Below the pieces are notes generated by a model. It was not told the DNA's origin. It saw nothing but the letters and a program-made list of their open reading frames with translations, and ran no database searches. A DNA stretch of 64,000 nt from Callorhinchus milii (Eukaryota), in assembly GCF_018977255.1 (NCBI RefSeq), contig NW_024704742.1, forward strand, positions 24,988,001 to 25,052,000, written 5' to 3'. The first letter of the stretch is position 1; the number at the start of each line of letters is the position of its first letter. A program made the translations under genes and the position numbers. Below, one piece after another: positions 37,012 through 48,927 of this stretch.

Positions 37012-38224
37012 GTTACTACTTACTACTTTTATTGTTATTTTATATGAATTAACCAATCTTATCGAGGGCGGTAGTTTGAGGACCTACAAATGGTTCCTGC
37101 CCCACGCTAGAAAAGCACAAAATGCGATTGGGTAGGAATGGGACCAGTTGTGATGGGTTCTATAGTTTAATAGCTTGGCGATATTTAATGTGGAGGCTTT
37201 ACACATAAAGAGTGACAACTTAGGTGAGGTACCAGAGGGTGCCTGGTTCACGTGGAACACACCCGAGCAAGAAATAGTACAGGACGGGAGAAAGTTGGAC
37301 AAAAAACTGTTTCCTGTACTGTGAGCAAATTGTTTTTCCTTGAAGAGACTATGTGTTTTCATCATGCAAAGACCAATGGAAACAAAGTGCTCCTGGGTCT
37401 AGATTTACTTCATTGTAACTTAAGTATGCTCCCTGTCCACTCCCTCCGCTCAGCAGGCTCTGGCCTGCTCGACATCCCCCACCCGCACTGCCCCACCATC
37501 AGCATTTGGACCTTTAGTATCTCTGTCCCCACCCTTTGGAACTCCATCCTGCATTCCCTTCACCTCGCATCCTCCTTCAAGGCACGTCTCAAGCTCCTCC
37601 ACTTCGACTGTGACTTTGGCCACCCTCCTACCCATACCCTCCCTGACCTCCACCCCTCCTGATCCCAATCACCAGCTCAGGTCCAAATCCCTGACTGTCC
37701 AGCACCTTGGGGCGTCCTCCTGGCAAGTAAGTTGCTTTACAAATGTAATGTTGTATTATATTTACTCTATTTACCTTGTGTTTCAGAGCGAAGCCATTTT
37801 ACTAAATGTTTATTTTAAGAATGACAGAAAACCAGCTTCAAAGATGAGACTGAACAATTCGTGTTGTACAGCAATGCTGAGTGGGGGGCAGGGGGATTGG
37901 GGGTGGGGAACTCTAATTGATTTGCCAGCAGCTGAGCAAAGCACATGCTCAGAACTCCAGAATCAGTTGTTGGGTTTTGGACATTATTTCAGAGACGCCT
38001 TACACCACCCCAATTTATGCAGTGTTTTTTTTGTGATGGATCGCCACAAAATGCCCATTGTAAGCACAGCAAAACTAGGAAGGTCAGCTGAAATGCACCA
38101 ATCAACATGTCCTGGACCTGATGTCCACAGAACTGACCCTAGCTAAGGGAAATCAATGAAACTGACTGAGACGCAGCGATTGGCAGGAAATTCCACTATT
38201 TAATTTCAAGCCCCTTGAACCGTG

Positions 38225-38531
38225 ATAATAATAATATATAATCTTTGTATTTGATGTAGCGCTTTTCACGTCTTCTAGACGTCTCAAAGCGCTTCACAGA
38301 ATATACTGTAAAGTGAATTGACTGTATATTTGTGGGGAAACGCAGCAGCCAATTGAGCACAGCAATGTCCCACAAACACGAACTGAGTGACGAATTTTAT
38401 TTTATTTTTCTTGAGGGATTATTATCAGGCTTGTGGAGTAAGGAAACTTGCCCAAGATTTCGCCCTGCTGGGAATCGAACCCAGGTCTCTCGCTTGCGAG
38501 GCGAGTGCTTTAACCACTGAGCTACAGGACT
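38225..38531 (-). mobile_element. tRNA-derived SINE, short subfamily
   Basis: Same architecture; box B GGTTCGATTCC intact. Confidence 0.9.
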
Positions 38532-38732
38532 TCTAATCTTCACCATTAGCAAGCACTGGTCTCATGTTCCAAGGTACAGTCCTTGTCTAAGCAGTAGTCA
38601 TGAGAATCCACCCGAGTTACCCTCTGAGCAATGTTAGCAGGTTATCAAGTCACCTTATTTGGTTTTGCTTTATATGTATATATATAAAATATTTATAGCT
38701 GTACTGAATGTGTCCATGCCTTTGCTCCTCAG

Positions 38733-38849
38733 ATCCAATCTGCCCTACAGACCAATTTAAATGCGTAAATGGAAAATGTATTCCAGTCACGAATGCTTGC
38801 AATGGCATCGATGACTGTGGGGATCTCAGTGATGAATTATGTTGCACAG
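38733..38849 (+). CDS. CFI: CFI exon 6 (LDL-receptor class A repeat 1)
   Basis: [35 protein letters not shown]; phase 1-1. Confidence 0.95.
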
Positions 38850-39607
38850 GTAATAATATAAAAAGCTTGATTTTCATGCAGAGCCTTAACATGCTGAAAA
38901 CTTCACAATAAGAGGGTTGAAAAAGCTCTTGAACGGAAACATTGCAGCATGAATGGTGCCTCACAACAGAAAACGTGCCTCATGATCAGTCCACCTGCGC
39001 AGTAACCCCATGTATCTCACACAACTTGTGAGAGCTCTGCTCTGACCTTATCACCTTGTAGCTGATGTCTTGGAACTCGGTGTGATGTATACAGGGATCC
39101 CTGTATGAGGTGTAGTTTATGTGCCATTATTCCATTTGAGTGCTTTTCAACCAAATCAAGTTACTTTAAAATAGCTAAACGTGGCAGATAATCTGCAGCA
39201 GCAATACTCATAAACAGCAATGAATATTGAGTGGCCAATTAATCAGTCTTACCCTGGGATTTGAAGGAGAGGGGAATGCAGTATTAGGCAGAATACAGAG
39301 AGAAATCTTAGCATAGTGCCATGAGATCTTTAACATTCACCTAACATACCGGATGCGACTTTAGTTAAACATCTCATCTGGAAGACGGGACTTGTAAATA
39401 ACACTCTCAGGACAGAGGTTAGGATCTCAAGTGCTGGCTTGACTCCCATAAACTTCAGACTCAGAGGCAAGGGTGCAATCAACTAAGACAAATTGACACT
39501 TTGAGGTATATATCTGCATACTTTTCTGGCAGTGCTGAATGTTTTCTTGAAAGCTATCTCCAGCAGATAGCCTTTCTGTTGTTGGGGAGAGATGTCAGAG
39601 TCCCAGA

Positions 39608-40320
39608 CTACGGCACTACCTCACCCCTCACGCTGCTGAAACTCTGGTCCATGCCTTTATCACCTCAAGGCTGGACTATGGAAACTCTCCTCGCCGGCCT
39701 TCCTGGCACCTCCCTCCACAAGCTGCAGGTCATTCAGAACTCTGCAGCTTGTGTACTGTCCCGCACCAGGCATCGGGACCACATCACTCCCACCCTCGCT
39801 CGCCTCCACTGGCTCCCCATCCCCCAGAGGATCGAATTCAAGATCCTCATCCTCACCTACAAGGCCATTCACGGCCTTGCTCCCTCCTACCTCTCCGATC
39901 TACTATCCCCCTATCTGCCTGCCTGTACCCTCCGTTCCTCTGGCTCCGGTCTACTCCACATCCCCCGGCCCAACCGCCCTACCATCGGTGGCCGGGCCTT
40001 CAGCCTCTCAGCCCCTAGGCTCTGGAACTCTATCCCCCAGTGCCTTCGCCGCCTCCTCCCTTTCCTCCTTCAAGGCCGGTCTCAAGACCTTTCTCTTTGA
40101 CCGAGCCTTCAGCTCCCCTCTCAACTCCCTACCCCCTCCTCGCCCTCTCCCTTTCCTCCCCTCACCCTGACCATTTCCCCCCTCCTCGCTCCCTCCCTTC
40201 CCTCCCCTCACCCTGACCATTTCCCCCCTGCTCGGGTCCTGACCCAACTGTCCAGCGCTTTGGGACGTCCTCCCGACGTGAAAGGCGCTCTATAAATGGA
40301 ATCTTGTTGTTGTTGTTTTG
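39608..40320 (+). mobile_element. L2-clade LINE 3' fragment, young copy
   Basis: LHKLQVIQNSAA...DHITPTLARLHWLPIPQRIEFKILILTYKA...LWNS; TTG tail. Confidence 0.92.
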
Positions 40321-41267
40321 TAATTGTGTATTCTGTCCTTTGGAAGAAGCTCCCGAGTGCACAGAAATGAGTCTCTTAATTCTGTTATGTCCCCCGTGTC
40401 CCTAAGATGAGGAGGGGAAAATCAGACGGAGTTTCCACTCTTGATCACTATCCACCTTCCACTCCCACAGTAAGGTGCGCATTTGTTAATATCAGTAGGT
40501 GAGGACAGGATTAGACTAGAATATGATGCCCCCTTGTGGTTGAACTCATTCTTTAGGCTCACATATAAATTAAGGCACTTGGCCAAGGTAATCTTGATCA
40601 AAGCAATACCAATGGAACTGCAACATAGTTTCCATATTAAACCTGTGCAGTAGAGCATCTTGGAAGTGAAAAGTCAAACATTGTAGGTTTTAAATGGAAT
40701 AACAAAAACTTGCATTTATATAGCACCCTTCATGCGGGGTAGTGTCTTGGAGTGCTTAACAGTGGTGAAGCTTGACATTGAAAGAGGGGAGTTGGCTACA
40801 GGCACCGTGGAAGAGGAAGGCCTTCAGGTGTGATCTGAAGGCAGGCTAGGAGGGGGCAAGGCAGAGGGATTGAGTCAGAGAGTTTGAGAGGTTTTGGAAC
40901 ATAATGGCTGATCGTGAAGCAGAGGTGACAAGAGACCTGCTAAGTGAAGTGGGTGGGTAGAGGAGTGGAGCATGAGCAGATAGTAAAGGTAGAGAAGTTC
41001 CAGGGCATGAAGTGATTTGTACATGAATGCGACCAATTCTTATGTTCTTATGTAAAATGCTTTGGACTTACCGTTGGTTCCAGTGACTTGGTCCTGCTCC
41101 AATGCAATGTAGCAGAGGAACACTGTTGAGAACAATAACAGCAACGTCCCCACCATTGCAGCTATATGCTTGGCTGAGAGACATGCAAAGCTTTGCCAGT
41201 TTATTACAAAGACAACAAACAGTTTGAATAACTCTAACCTAATGCAAGCCATCTCTTGTTAAAACAG

Positions 41268-41375
41268 AATGTGTAAATTCTTATCACTGCAAGTCAGATG
41301 TATGTATTCCGTACTATTCTGTTTGTGATGGTGAAGATCACTGCTTGGATGGAAGTGATGAGAGCCACTGTCCAG
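41268..41375 (+). CDS. CFI: CFI exon 7 (LDL-receptor class A repeat 2)
   Basis: CVNSYHCKSDVCIPYYSVCDGEDHCLDGSDESHCP; phase 1-1, GTAAG donor. Confidence 0.95.
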
Positions 41376-41674
41376 GTAAGAGATGTTTGCGAGTTCTGAT
41401 GTTTGAAGGTTTGTTAATATGTTACCATTTAAACTTTGTTCTGATGATGGTCCAGTGTGTCAATAATTACAGTTGAATTCTCTGTTTGATATCAAAAGGG
41501 CAATTTCAGGAAATACTAAATTGCTCGGAATTGTGCTAAACCCCAGTGACTTGCTGATGTCTGGTGTCAACACGTGACTATTTCTGACTTTCCCTTTTAC
41601 AAGTAAGCTGCAGTGGTCAGTGCTTTTACTGTCAGCTGATTAAAGTTGTCATTTTGATTCTTACTATTCTGCAG

Positions 41675-41701
41675 TAAAACATACATCAACCAGAATCCAA
41701 A
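41675..41701 (+). CDS. CFI: CFI exon 8 (27-nt mini-exon, divergent linker)
   Basis: TTCTGCAG acceptor, GTAAG donor, phase 1-1, VKHTSTRIQ. Mammalian CFI has small exons at this position. Confidence 0.7.
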
Positions 41702-42577
41702 GTAAGAACTTCTCTAAGAATGAACCATTTTATTATGCACACATCTCAAATTGTTGTGTAAAACATTTGAACTATTTATACAGATTGTTCCTGATGTAGA
41801 ACCTTAACTAAATGTTAAAATGTCTCTCTGTTTGTGTGTCACTGAGTGTGTGGGTCCATGAGTCCCTGCATCTGTGTCTAACTGTGTACTTACATGTTGT
41901 GTCTGTGTGTGTGTCTGTGAGCACGTGTGGTTTTGCATGTTCGTATGCGTATGTCCATAAATACCTTGACTTCGTATGTACGCATGTTCCTGCAGGTTTC
42001 TGAATGCAAATGCCTGTGTGTTATTGGGGCACATGGGTACATAATCGTTCACAGCTATGGTAAATCACTGGTTTAATAGTTCTAATATTATTAAAGTGAA
42101 CGTGTTGGCTTTTTTATTGAAACATTCTAAACCACAAAGTGTCCTTTTTATTGAAGGACACTTTGTGGTTTAGAATCATAGAAACTTACAGCGGAAAAGG
42201 AGGCCATTCAGCCCATCGAGTCTGCACCATGTCTCAGAGCAAGGTTTTCATTCAATCTCAAGGCCCTGCCTTATCCCTATAACCCTTCAAGCCTCTATCT
42301 TTCATGTATATGTCTATTTATAGTAATATATTATTATAATAATAATAATAATCTATTTCCCTCTAGAAACCCACAATGACTTTCCTCAACTACCTTACTT
42401 TCCAGGGCATTCCACATTCCAACATCTGTCAGAGTTAAAAACAATTGCCTAATCTCGCCTTTAATTTTTCTTGTGTCTATTATAACCATGGTCCCTACTA
42501 GTGGAAATAGCTTCTCCTTATTTACCCTGTCAAAAAAAACATAATTTTGTGCACAAATTTTCTTTTACTTTTAGCAG

Positions 42578-42613
42578 ATACAAAAGACATTTCATTCACA
42601 GAATACGATGCAG
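42578..42613 (+). CDS. CFI: CFI exon 9 (36-nt mini-exon)
   Basis: Pyrimidine tract with TAGCAG tandem acceptor, TKDISFTEYDA, CAG|GTAAGT donor, phase 1-1. Confidence 0.8.
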
Positions 42614-43115
42614 GTAAGTGCAGATACTTTCTCCCTTTCTCTAGGAATGTTAGATCTCATAGGTTTCTCCCCAGTTTCTCAGCTCCTCCCCCCCACCCCC
42701 CCAGCTCAGATAGCTAGGGAGCTGCTACTAACGCTCTGGTCATGCAACCAACTACGAGGAAACACAGCAAGCAGTAACTTTCCCTTCGATTTTGCCCTTC
42801 ACATTAACCATTGGCTGATGTCCCCCTCTGCTACACTCCTGCCCCCCCTCACCTCACTACCTGCCCTCTCCACCCCCATGCTTCCCATCCACCCACCCTA
42901 TCCCCTTCACCTCACTAACCCGTTAGACTGGCATCTAATTGTAATTGGAAAATCTCCAAGTTGCATGCTATCATTCAAGCTATTGAGTGTTGCAAGGGTG
43001 TATGACCTATTTACTTCTTTGTAGTAAGAGAAACATTGATATTAATAGGCTAGTATCCTGGTGTGAAACTGATGTTTCACTGGGCTAATAAAAATGTATG
43101 TGTCTTTACTTTTAG

Positions 43116-43237
43116 AAAGAAAGCTATTAAGGGATTCCTCTGACCATTTATTCTGTGGCATCGCAAATATTACCAGAAAAACAAATTTTGCCACAGCGAG
43201 ACATAAAAGGCTTGTAGGTGGAATAGATACTATGCAA
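43116..43237 (+). CDS. CFI: CFI exon 10 (interchain Cys and furin-type processing site)
   Basis: ERKLLR...LFCGI...RHKR|LVGG; GTAAGT donor, phase 0. Confidence 0.93.
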
Positions 43238-44570
43238 GTAAGTCTGTCACACACAAAACAGAAAAGCAGCAATTGCAATTCATTTAAATTAGATGTGGTG
43301 GGTGGGAGTGGGTAATGTGGAATATAAGAATACACTAGGGCCTGTTGCTGATCTTAAGTGCTCTGAGATGCTACCCTGTGTGAGCAGCAAAATATCAATG
43401 CAAGTTGTTGTTGTTGATCAGAGGTGATGGGAAAGTTAAAGCTCAGAGTAAAAAGTGAAAACAGAACAGGCCAAACTAAATAAATCAATAGCGATATTTT
43501 TTAAGAAACCCTGGATCACAAGACAAGGCAACCAGACCGGGAGCTTAAGGGGCAAAGACTAAAATGACATTAATCGACATACAATTTGAAATGAAATGGT
43601 GGAGCTAGAGGCACTAATTACCATGAGGTAGGAAGCTTAGAACAGAATTACAGAATTTACCAGGTTATTCAAGAACAATAGAGGGACAGGAGAGATGGAG
43701 GGGTTTCCATATATGTACACAACCACTTACATTTCATGGTAAAATCCCATGAGGCGCTTGGAGATGTCTCGATGAAGTGAAAGAGCTCTATATCCAATGG
43801 AAGGATTGTTATTATTGCGTAAGGACACCTGGGAGTTTAGGGGGGTGTTGAGCAGCATAGAAACAGTCTTAAAATAATAGAAAAAATCAAATAAAATTCT
43901 CTTGTTAGATGTGCTCAACAAGAAAAGGGCCAGACTACTAACATTTAGGTTTGTTGCAGACAACAACAACTTGGGTTTATAAAGTGCCCCTCATGTAAAG
44001 TAGAGTCCCAGGGCACTTATCATGCCATTGAGATGTCTCAAAGCACTTCACAGAATATGTTGTAAAGTGGATTGACTGTGTATATTTGTAGGTGAAACGT
44101 GGTAGTCAATTGCACACAGCAATGTCCCCCAAACAGTCTTGGATTGAGCAACCACATTTTTTTTCGGAGGGATTTTTACCCTGAGAAAGCGATTCGCCAA
44201 TCAACTTCCTACTTACTGCTAGGTAAATAGAGGAGTGTGAAATAAGGAAACTTGCCAAACAACAACAACAACAACAAATTGCATTTGTATAGCGCCTTTC
44301 ATGTCAGAAAGACATCCTGACTACGGTTTTGCCCTACCTGGGAATCGAACCCAGATCCACTTGCCTGTGAGACAAGTACACTAACCACAACACTACAGGA
44401 CTCCACAAACATTATGCACATGAACAGGGAAAAATAGCTGCTGTTTTTAGTTTTGTACTTATATCCTTAAATTCTGTAAACACAGTTTAATTTATGAAAC
44501 TTGATGTACTCTGCAACTGCATTTGCCCATTTATAAATCTAGAATTGTGATTAAATATTTGTCTCCATAG

Positions 44571-44674
44571 GGCGAATTTCCTTGGCAAGTAGCAATTTAC
44601 AAACAGGGCCAATTAAACTGTGGGGGGAGCTTCATTGGTGGTTGCTGGTTTCTGACAGCTGCACACTGTGTCAG
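44571..44674 (+). CDS. CFI: CFI exon 11 (serine protease, catalytic His)
   Basis: [41 protein letters not shown] donor. Confidence 0.97.
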
Positions 44675-45584
44675 GTGAGAAACTATATGAAACACTTGAT
44701 GAATCGGAGGATCAGCCATTATAAAGTGCTCTGATACATTATCCTAATTGGAAGGTGCTCAAGTTGTTGTTGTCCTCCTGACGTGAAAGGCGCTATACAA
44801 ATGTAATCTTGTTGTTGTTGTGTTATTGTTGTGCATTTAAATAGAGAAAGAGAATTGATGGAGGAGGAGGAGGTTGGAGAAACATTATTTAGAAGAAAGT
44901 TTTTTCTTCTTGTATTCTGTCCAGCAGTTCAAGAGATGTGTTAAAAGCACCTCCCCAAATGTGAGAGCTGTATTCAACATTTGGATACACTTGGATAGTT
45001 TTATACTGTAGTGTGTTAAGGGTTGTTCAGTGGGAAAGAAGTGTTTGACATATAAGAGGAAAACCAGCTTGAAGTCAGGTTTAGCAACAGACGAGAACTG
45101 AAAGTTCTGTTGCACATGAGGGGAGATAATGATAACAAAATGGCCAACAGATGATAACCAAAGATGTTCATTCGAGATAACAGGTGAAAGCCTTGTGAGA
45201 AGCCTGAGGAAACAAGATCTCTGAAGAGTTGAAAGAAAGCACAAATGTTACAGCATGTACGATTGAGATTTTGTGATTCAACCAATTCACCTGAGTTGAA
45301 TGAGTATGCTGAGTGCATGCAATCTGAAAAACGTTGCTAAAAGTAGAGCGTAAGGAAAAGAGTGAATGAGGATGGGCGATGAGCAGAAGAGGGTGTACAT
45401 AAGGAACAAGTCATAGCCTAACTCCTCAGTAGATGGAACCAGAATCAAATGATGAATTGTTAACAACACTGCAGATTGAGTCAAGGAAGAGGAATCTAGG
45501 CATGGACATACCATGGTACCCAACAAGCAATTCCCCAGAAAAAATGGATCATTCACTTCATGGCTGTTTAAATGCAATACAATA

Positions 45585-46740
45585 TAAACCTCTCCTCTCC
45601 ACCTTCATTGCACTGTCCTATCCTGGTTTCCCTCTTACCTATCCCAGTACCTCCACTTTGTCTCTTCAAACGGCTTCACCTCCCACCCTGAACAGTCACA
45701 TGTAATATCACTCAGGGCTCTATCTTGGTCCTCCTCTACTCTCCACTACCTTTATGCTCAAACTCATTGATGTCACAAGTGCTCTGATATGCTATCCTGT
45801 GAAGGATGCTATATAAGTGCAAGTTGTTGCTGTTGTTGTTGTCATCCGCAGATATGGTGTTGACTTCCACATTTATGCAGATGACACACAAATCTCTCTG
45901 CCTCCACCCTCGATTCCAGCACCATTGCATATCAGACATCAAGTCCTGGATGAGCTCTAGCTTTCTCCAATTGAATATCAATAAGACAGAGGCCCTACTG
46001 ATTGTCTCCCGTCAGTGTCTTCTCACCTCAGGTACTGATGGCATCAATCTGCATGGATGCTCACTCCACCTCACGGAGCCAGTGCAGAACTTTGGTGTTT
46101 TGTTTGACTCCAAACTATCTTTCAAACACTGTATCCGTGCTCTGAGCCACTCAGCTTCCCCATACCTCTGTAACATTGCTGCCTCCACCACTACCTCTCT
46201 TCTCAGACACAGAGACTCTCATCCACGCTTTCATCACATCCAGGCTTGACTATACCATTGCTCTGCTTACTGGACTAGCCAGCTCTTCACCGTACAAGCT
46301 ACGGATCATCCAAGACTCTGCAACCCATATCCTCTCCCGCACCAGGCTCTATGAGCCCCTCACCTCCATCCTCGCTTGGCTTCATTGTTTCCTTTATCCT
46401 GCTAGGAGATCAAGTTCAAGATCCTGGTTCTCATCTTTAAATCCCTCCATTGTCTCACCCCATCCAACCTCCGGCAACCCTATGTACCTGGTCCGTCGCT
46501 CAGCAAGCACTGGCCTGCTTCATGACCCCCGCCCGATCTACCCAACATTCGATGGGTGGGCCTTCAGCCATTCTGCCCCCACTCCACACCTTCAACCTGT
46601 TCCCTCCCTCTCTTTGTTCAAGTTCCATCGCACAATATACTTCATTGACCATGATTTAGGTCATCTTTCCCCTCCCCACCTCCCTCGATTCCCACCTCCA
46701 GCTAAGTGCCCAGTCAGCAATCAAGCACCCCCGACATGAC
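45585..46740 (+). mobile_element. Degenerate L2-clade LINE RT fragment
   Basis: YADDTQ-like sequence, ISDIKSWMSSSFLQLNINKTEALL, ETLIHAFITSRLDY. Confidence 0.85.
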
Positions 46741-47379
46741 AGGCTAAGGGGTAAGTGTAATAACCACTAACATGCTGATTCTGAATAGGAATCAAGTAAG
46801 TTATTCAGGAGGGCGCATTGTTGCTCAAGCAAAAGTATTTGCAATAAAATATATATTGAAATCTAACTTGAGTGGATTGGGGGGGTGTAACTGGAGTTAG
46901 TAACGGTGACTTTGAGTCACAAATAGCAAATCCTGGCAGTATCCAATCAATTTGGTGTGGATTTGCTATTTTTCTTGTCAAATTGAGTATTCAATTAACA
47001 GAATTTCACTGTACTCTGTTTGAGAGCTCATTATCAATCAGGGCAATATTCCTCAGCCTACGTATCACAGGGACATCAGCACCAGTCACAGCAATGAGAA
47101 GAAAAATCAAAACATTTCTGATATGTTTGAGAACAGGCTTTCAATCTAAAGCCTGCAACTCCCTTTAAGAGAACAAATGGACTGAAATAATTGAATTATC
47201 TTTTAAAAGCTTTCAACTCAATATATTCAATTGCAATATGTTGTGCCAATAATACTAATCGTGTTGTAGTGTGAGTAACCCTAACATATTCCTTTCTTAG
47301 CAAAAGAAAGAACTTGTAACCAGCAGTGCTTTGCAAGAATTACATTTTGTATTAAGTTTTACTTCTGCTCTTCTTCCAG

Positions 47380-47657
47380 TACTCACAATATTGCTAACTA
47401 TCAAGTAAGAATTGGACAATGGAGTATAAGAGATGTTGATAAGAATGAGCAAGTTTTGGAAGTCGAAAAGATAATTGTCCATGAAGATTACAATGCTTAC
47501 AATTTAGTGAATGACATTGCTTTAATAAAAATAGAGCCAGATTTGAAAGGGTGCATTTCAACCAATGAAAACATCATGCCTATATGCGTACCCTGGTCCG
47601 ATTACCTATTCAGACCTAACAAGACATGCACGGTGTCTGGCTGGGGTCAAGTTGAAG
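47380..47657 (+). CDS. CFI: CFI exon 12 (serine protease, catalytic Asp)
   Basis: IIVHEDYNAYNLVNDIALIKI...PICVPWSDYLFRPNKTCTVSGWG; phase 2-1. Confidence 0.97.
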
Positions 47658-47717
47658 GTACTCAACAGATTTATATATTTATAGATTAAAGGGTTGATTC
47701 TCCAATGGTTGATATAC

Positions 47718-48165
47718 ATTGTATTGCATGGTGTGTATTGCGTGGTGTGCATTGCGTGGTATGTGATGAGGAGTATGTTACGTGGTGTGTGTTGGATGGG
47801 GTGTGTGTGCTGTATGGTATGTATTGGGTGATGTAACATATGTTGTGTGGTATGCATTGTGTGATGTGCTATGTGTTGTGTGCAGTGCCATGTGTTGTGT
47901 GGTGTGCCATGTGTTGTGTGGTGTGCCATGTGTTGTGCGGTGTGTGTTGTGGGGTATGCTATTGTGTGATGTGCCGTGTGTTGTGTGGTGCGTGGTATGC
48001 ATATTGTGTGAAGTGCCATGTAATGTGTGGTATGTAGTATGCGTATTGTGTGATGTGCCATGTGTTCTGTGGAGCATGGTATGCATATTGTGTGAAGTGC
48101 CGTGTATTGTGTGGTGTGTGGTATGTATATTGTGTGATGTACCATGTGTTGTGTGGTGTGCTGTT
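47718..48165. repeat. TG-rich degenerate tandem repeat
   Basis: TGTGTTGTGTGGTGTGCCA-like units filling most of CFI intron 12. Confidence 0.93.
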
Positions 48166-48194
48166 GTCACCTACCTGCATTATTTTACTTTCAG

Positions 48195-48296
48195 AGAGAA
48201 AAAAAGTAACTTTTCTACGCTGGGCTGAACTCAAACTTATGGGAAACTGTTCAAGCATTTATGCATCAAAATTTTTTGAAGGAATGGAATGTGCAG
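48195..48296 (+). CDS. CFI: CFI exon 13
   Basis: KVTFLRWAELKLMGNCSSIYASKFFEGMECA; CAG|GTGAG donor, phase 1-1. Confidence 0.95.
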
Positions 48297-48654
48297 GTGA
48301 GGTTAGAATTATGAGCTCAACTATTATCAAACATATGGAAGAACTTTGTTTTCATTAATTAAAGTACAGCTACATTTTCACATAGGAAAACAAAATTGAA
48401 AAGCATTCAGACAAATTGTAGGTACAGTTCAACATGGATAACAACAACATGTTTTTGGGGGGGGCAGCTGGGCATCTGGTGGCTTTTATGTTATATTATG
48501 TATGTGTAAGTAGAGTATATATCACATTGATTCAGTTACTTTGTTGCAATGACTCCAAAATTCAATGAGGCAAGTAATGGGAGAGGATGAGTTTTCAATC
48601 TATCGTTTGTTTTAAAGTGTTCTCTATCTAATATTCAAACATATTTTTTTCTGA

Positions 48655-48876
<222 letters not shown>

Positions 48877-48921
48877 ATGTTCAAAAGCTGCTCTGTTAGT
48901 GCCTGCTCTGACATTTCTTGC

Positions 48922-48927
48922 AATAAA
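48922..48927 (+). terminator. Candidate CFI polyadenylation signal
   Basis: AATAAA 45 nt after the stop codon. Confidence 0.55.
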
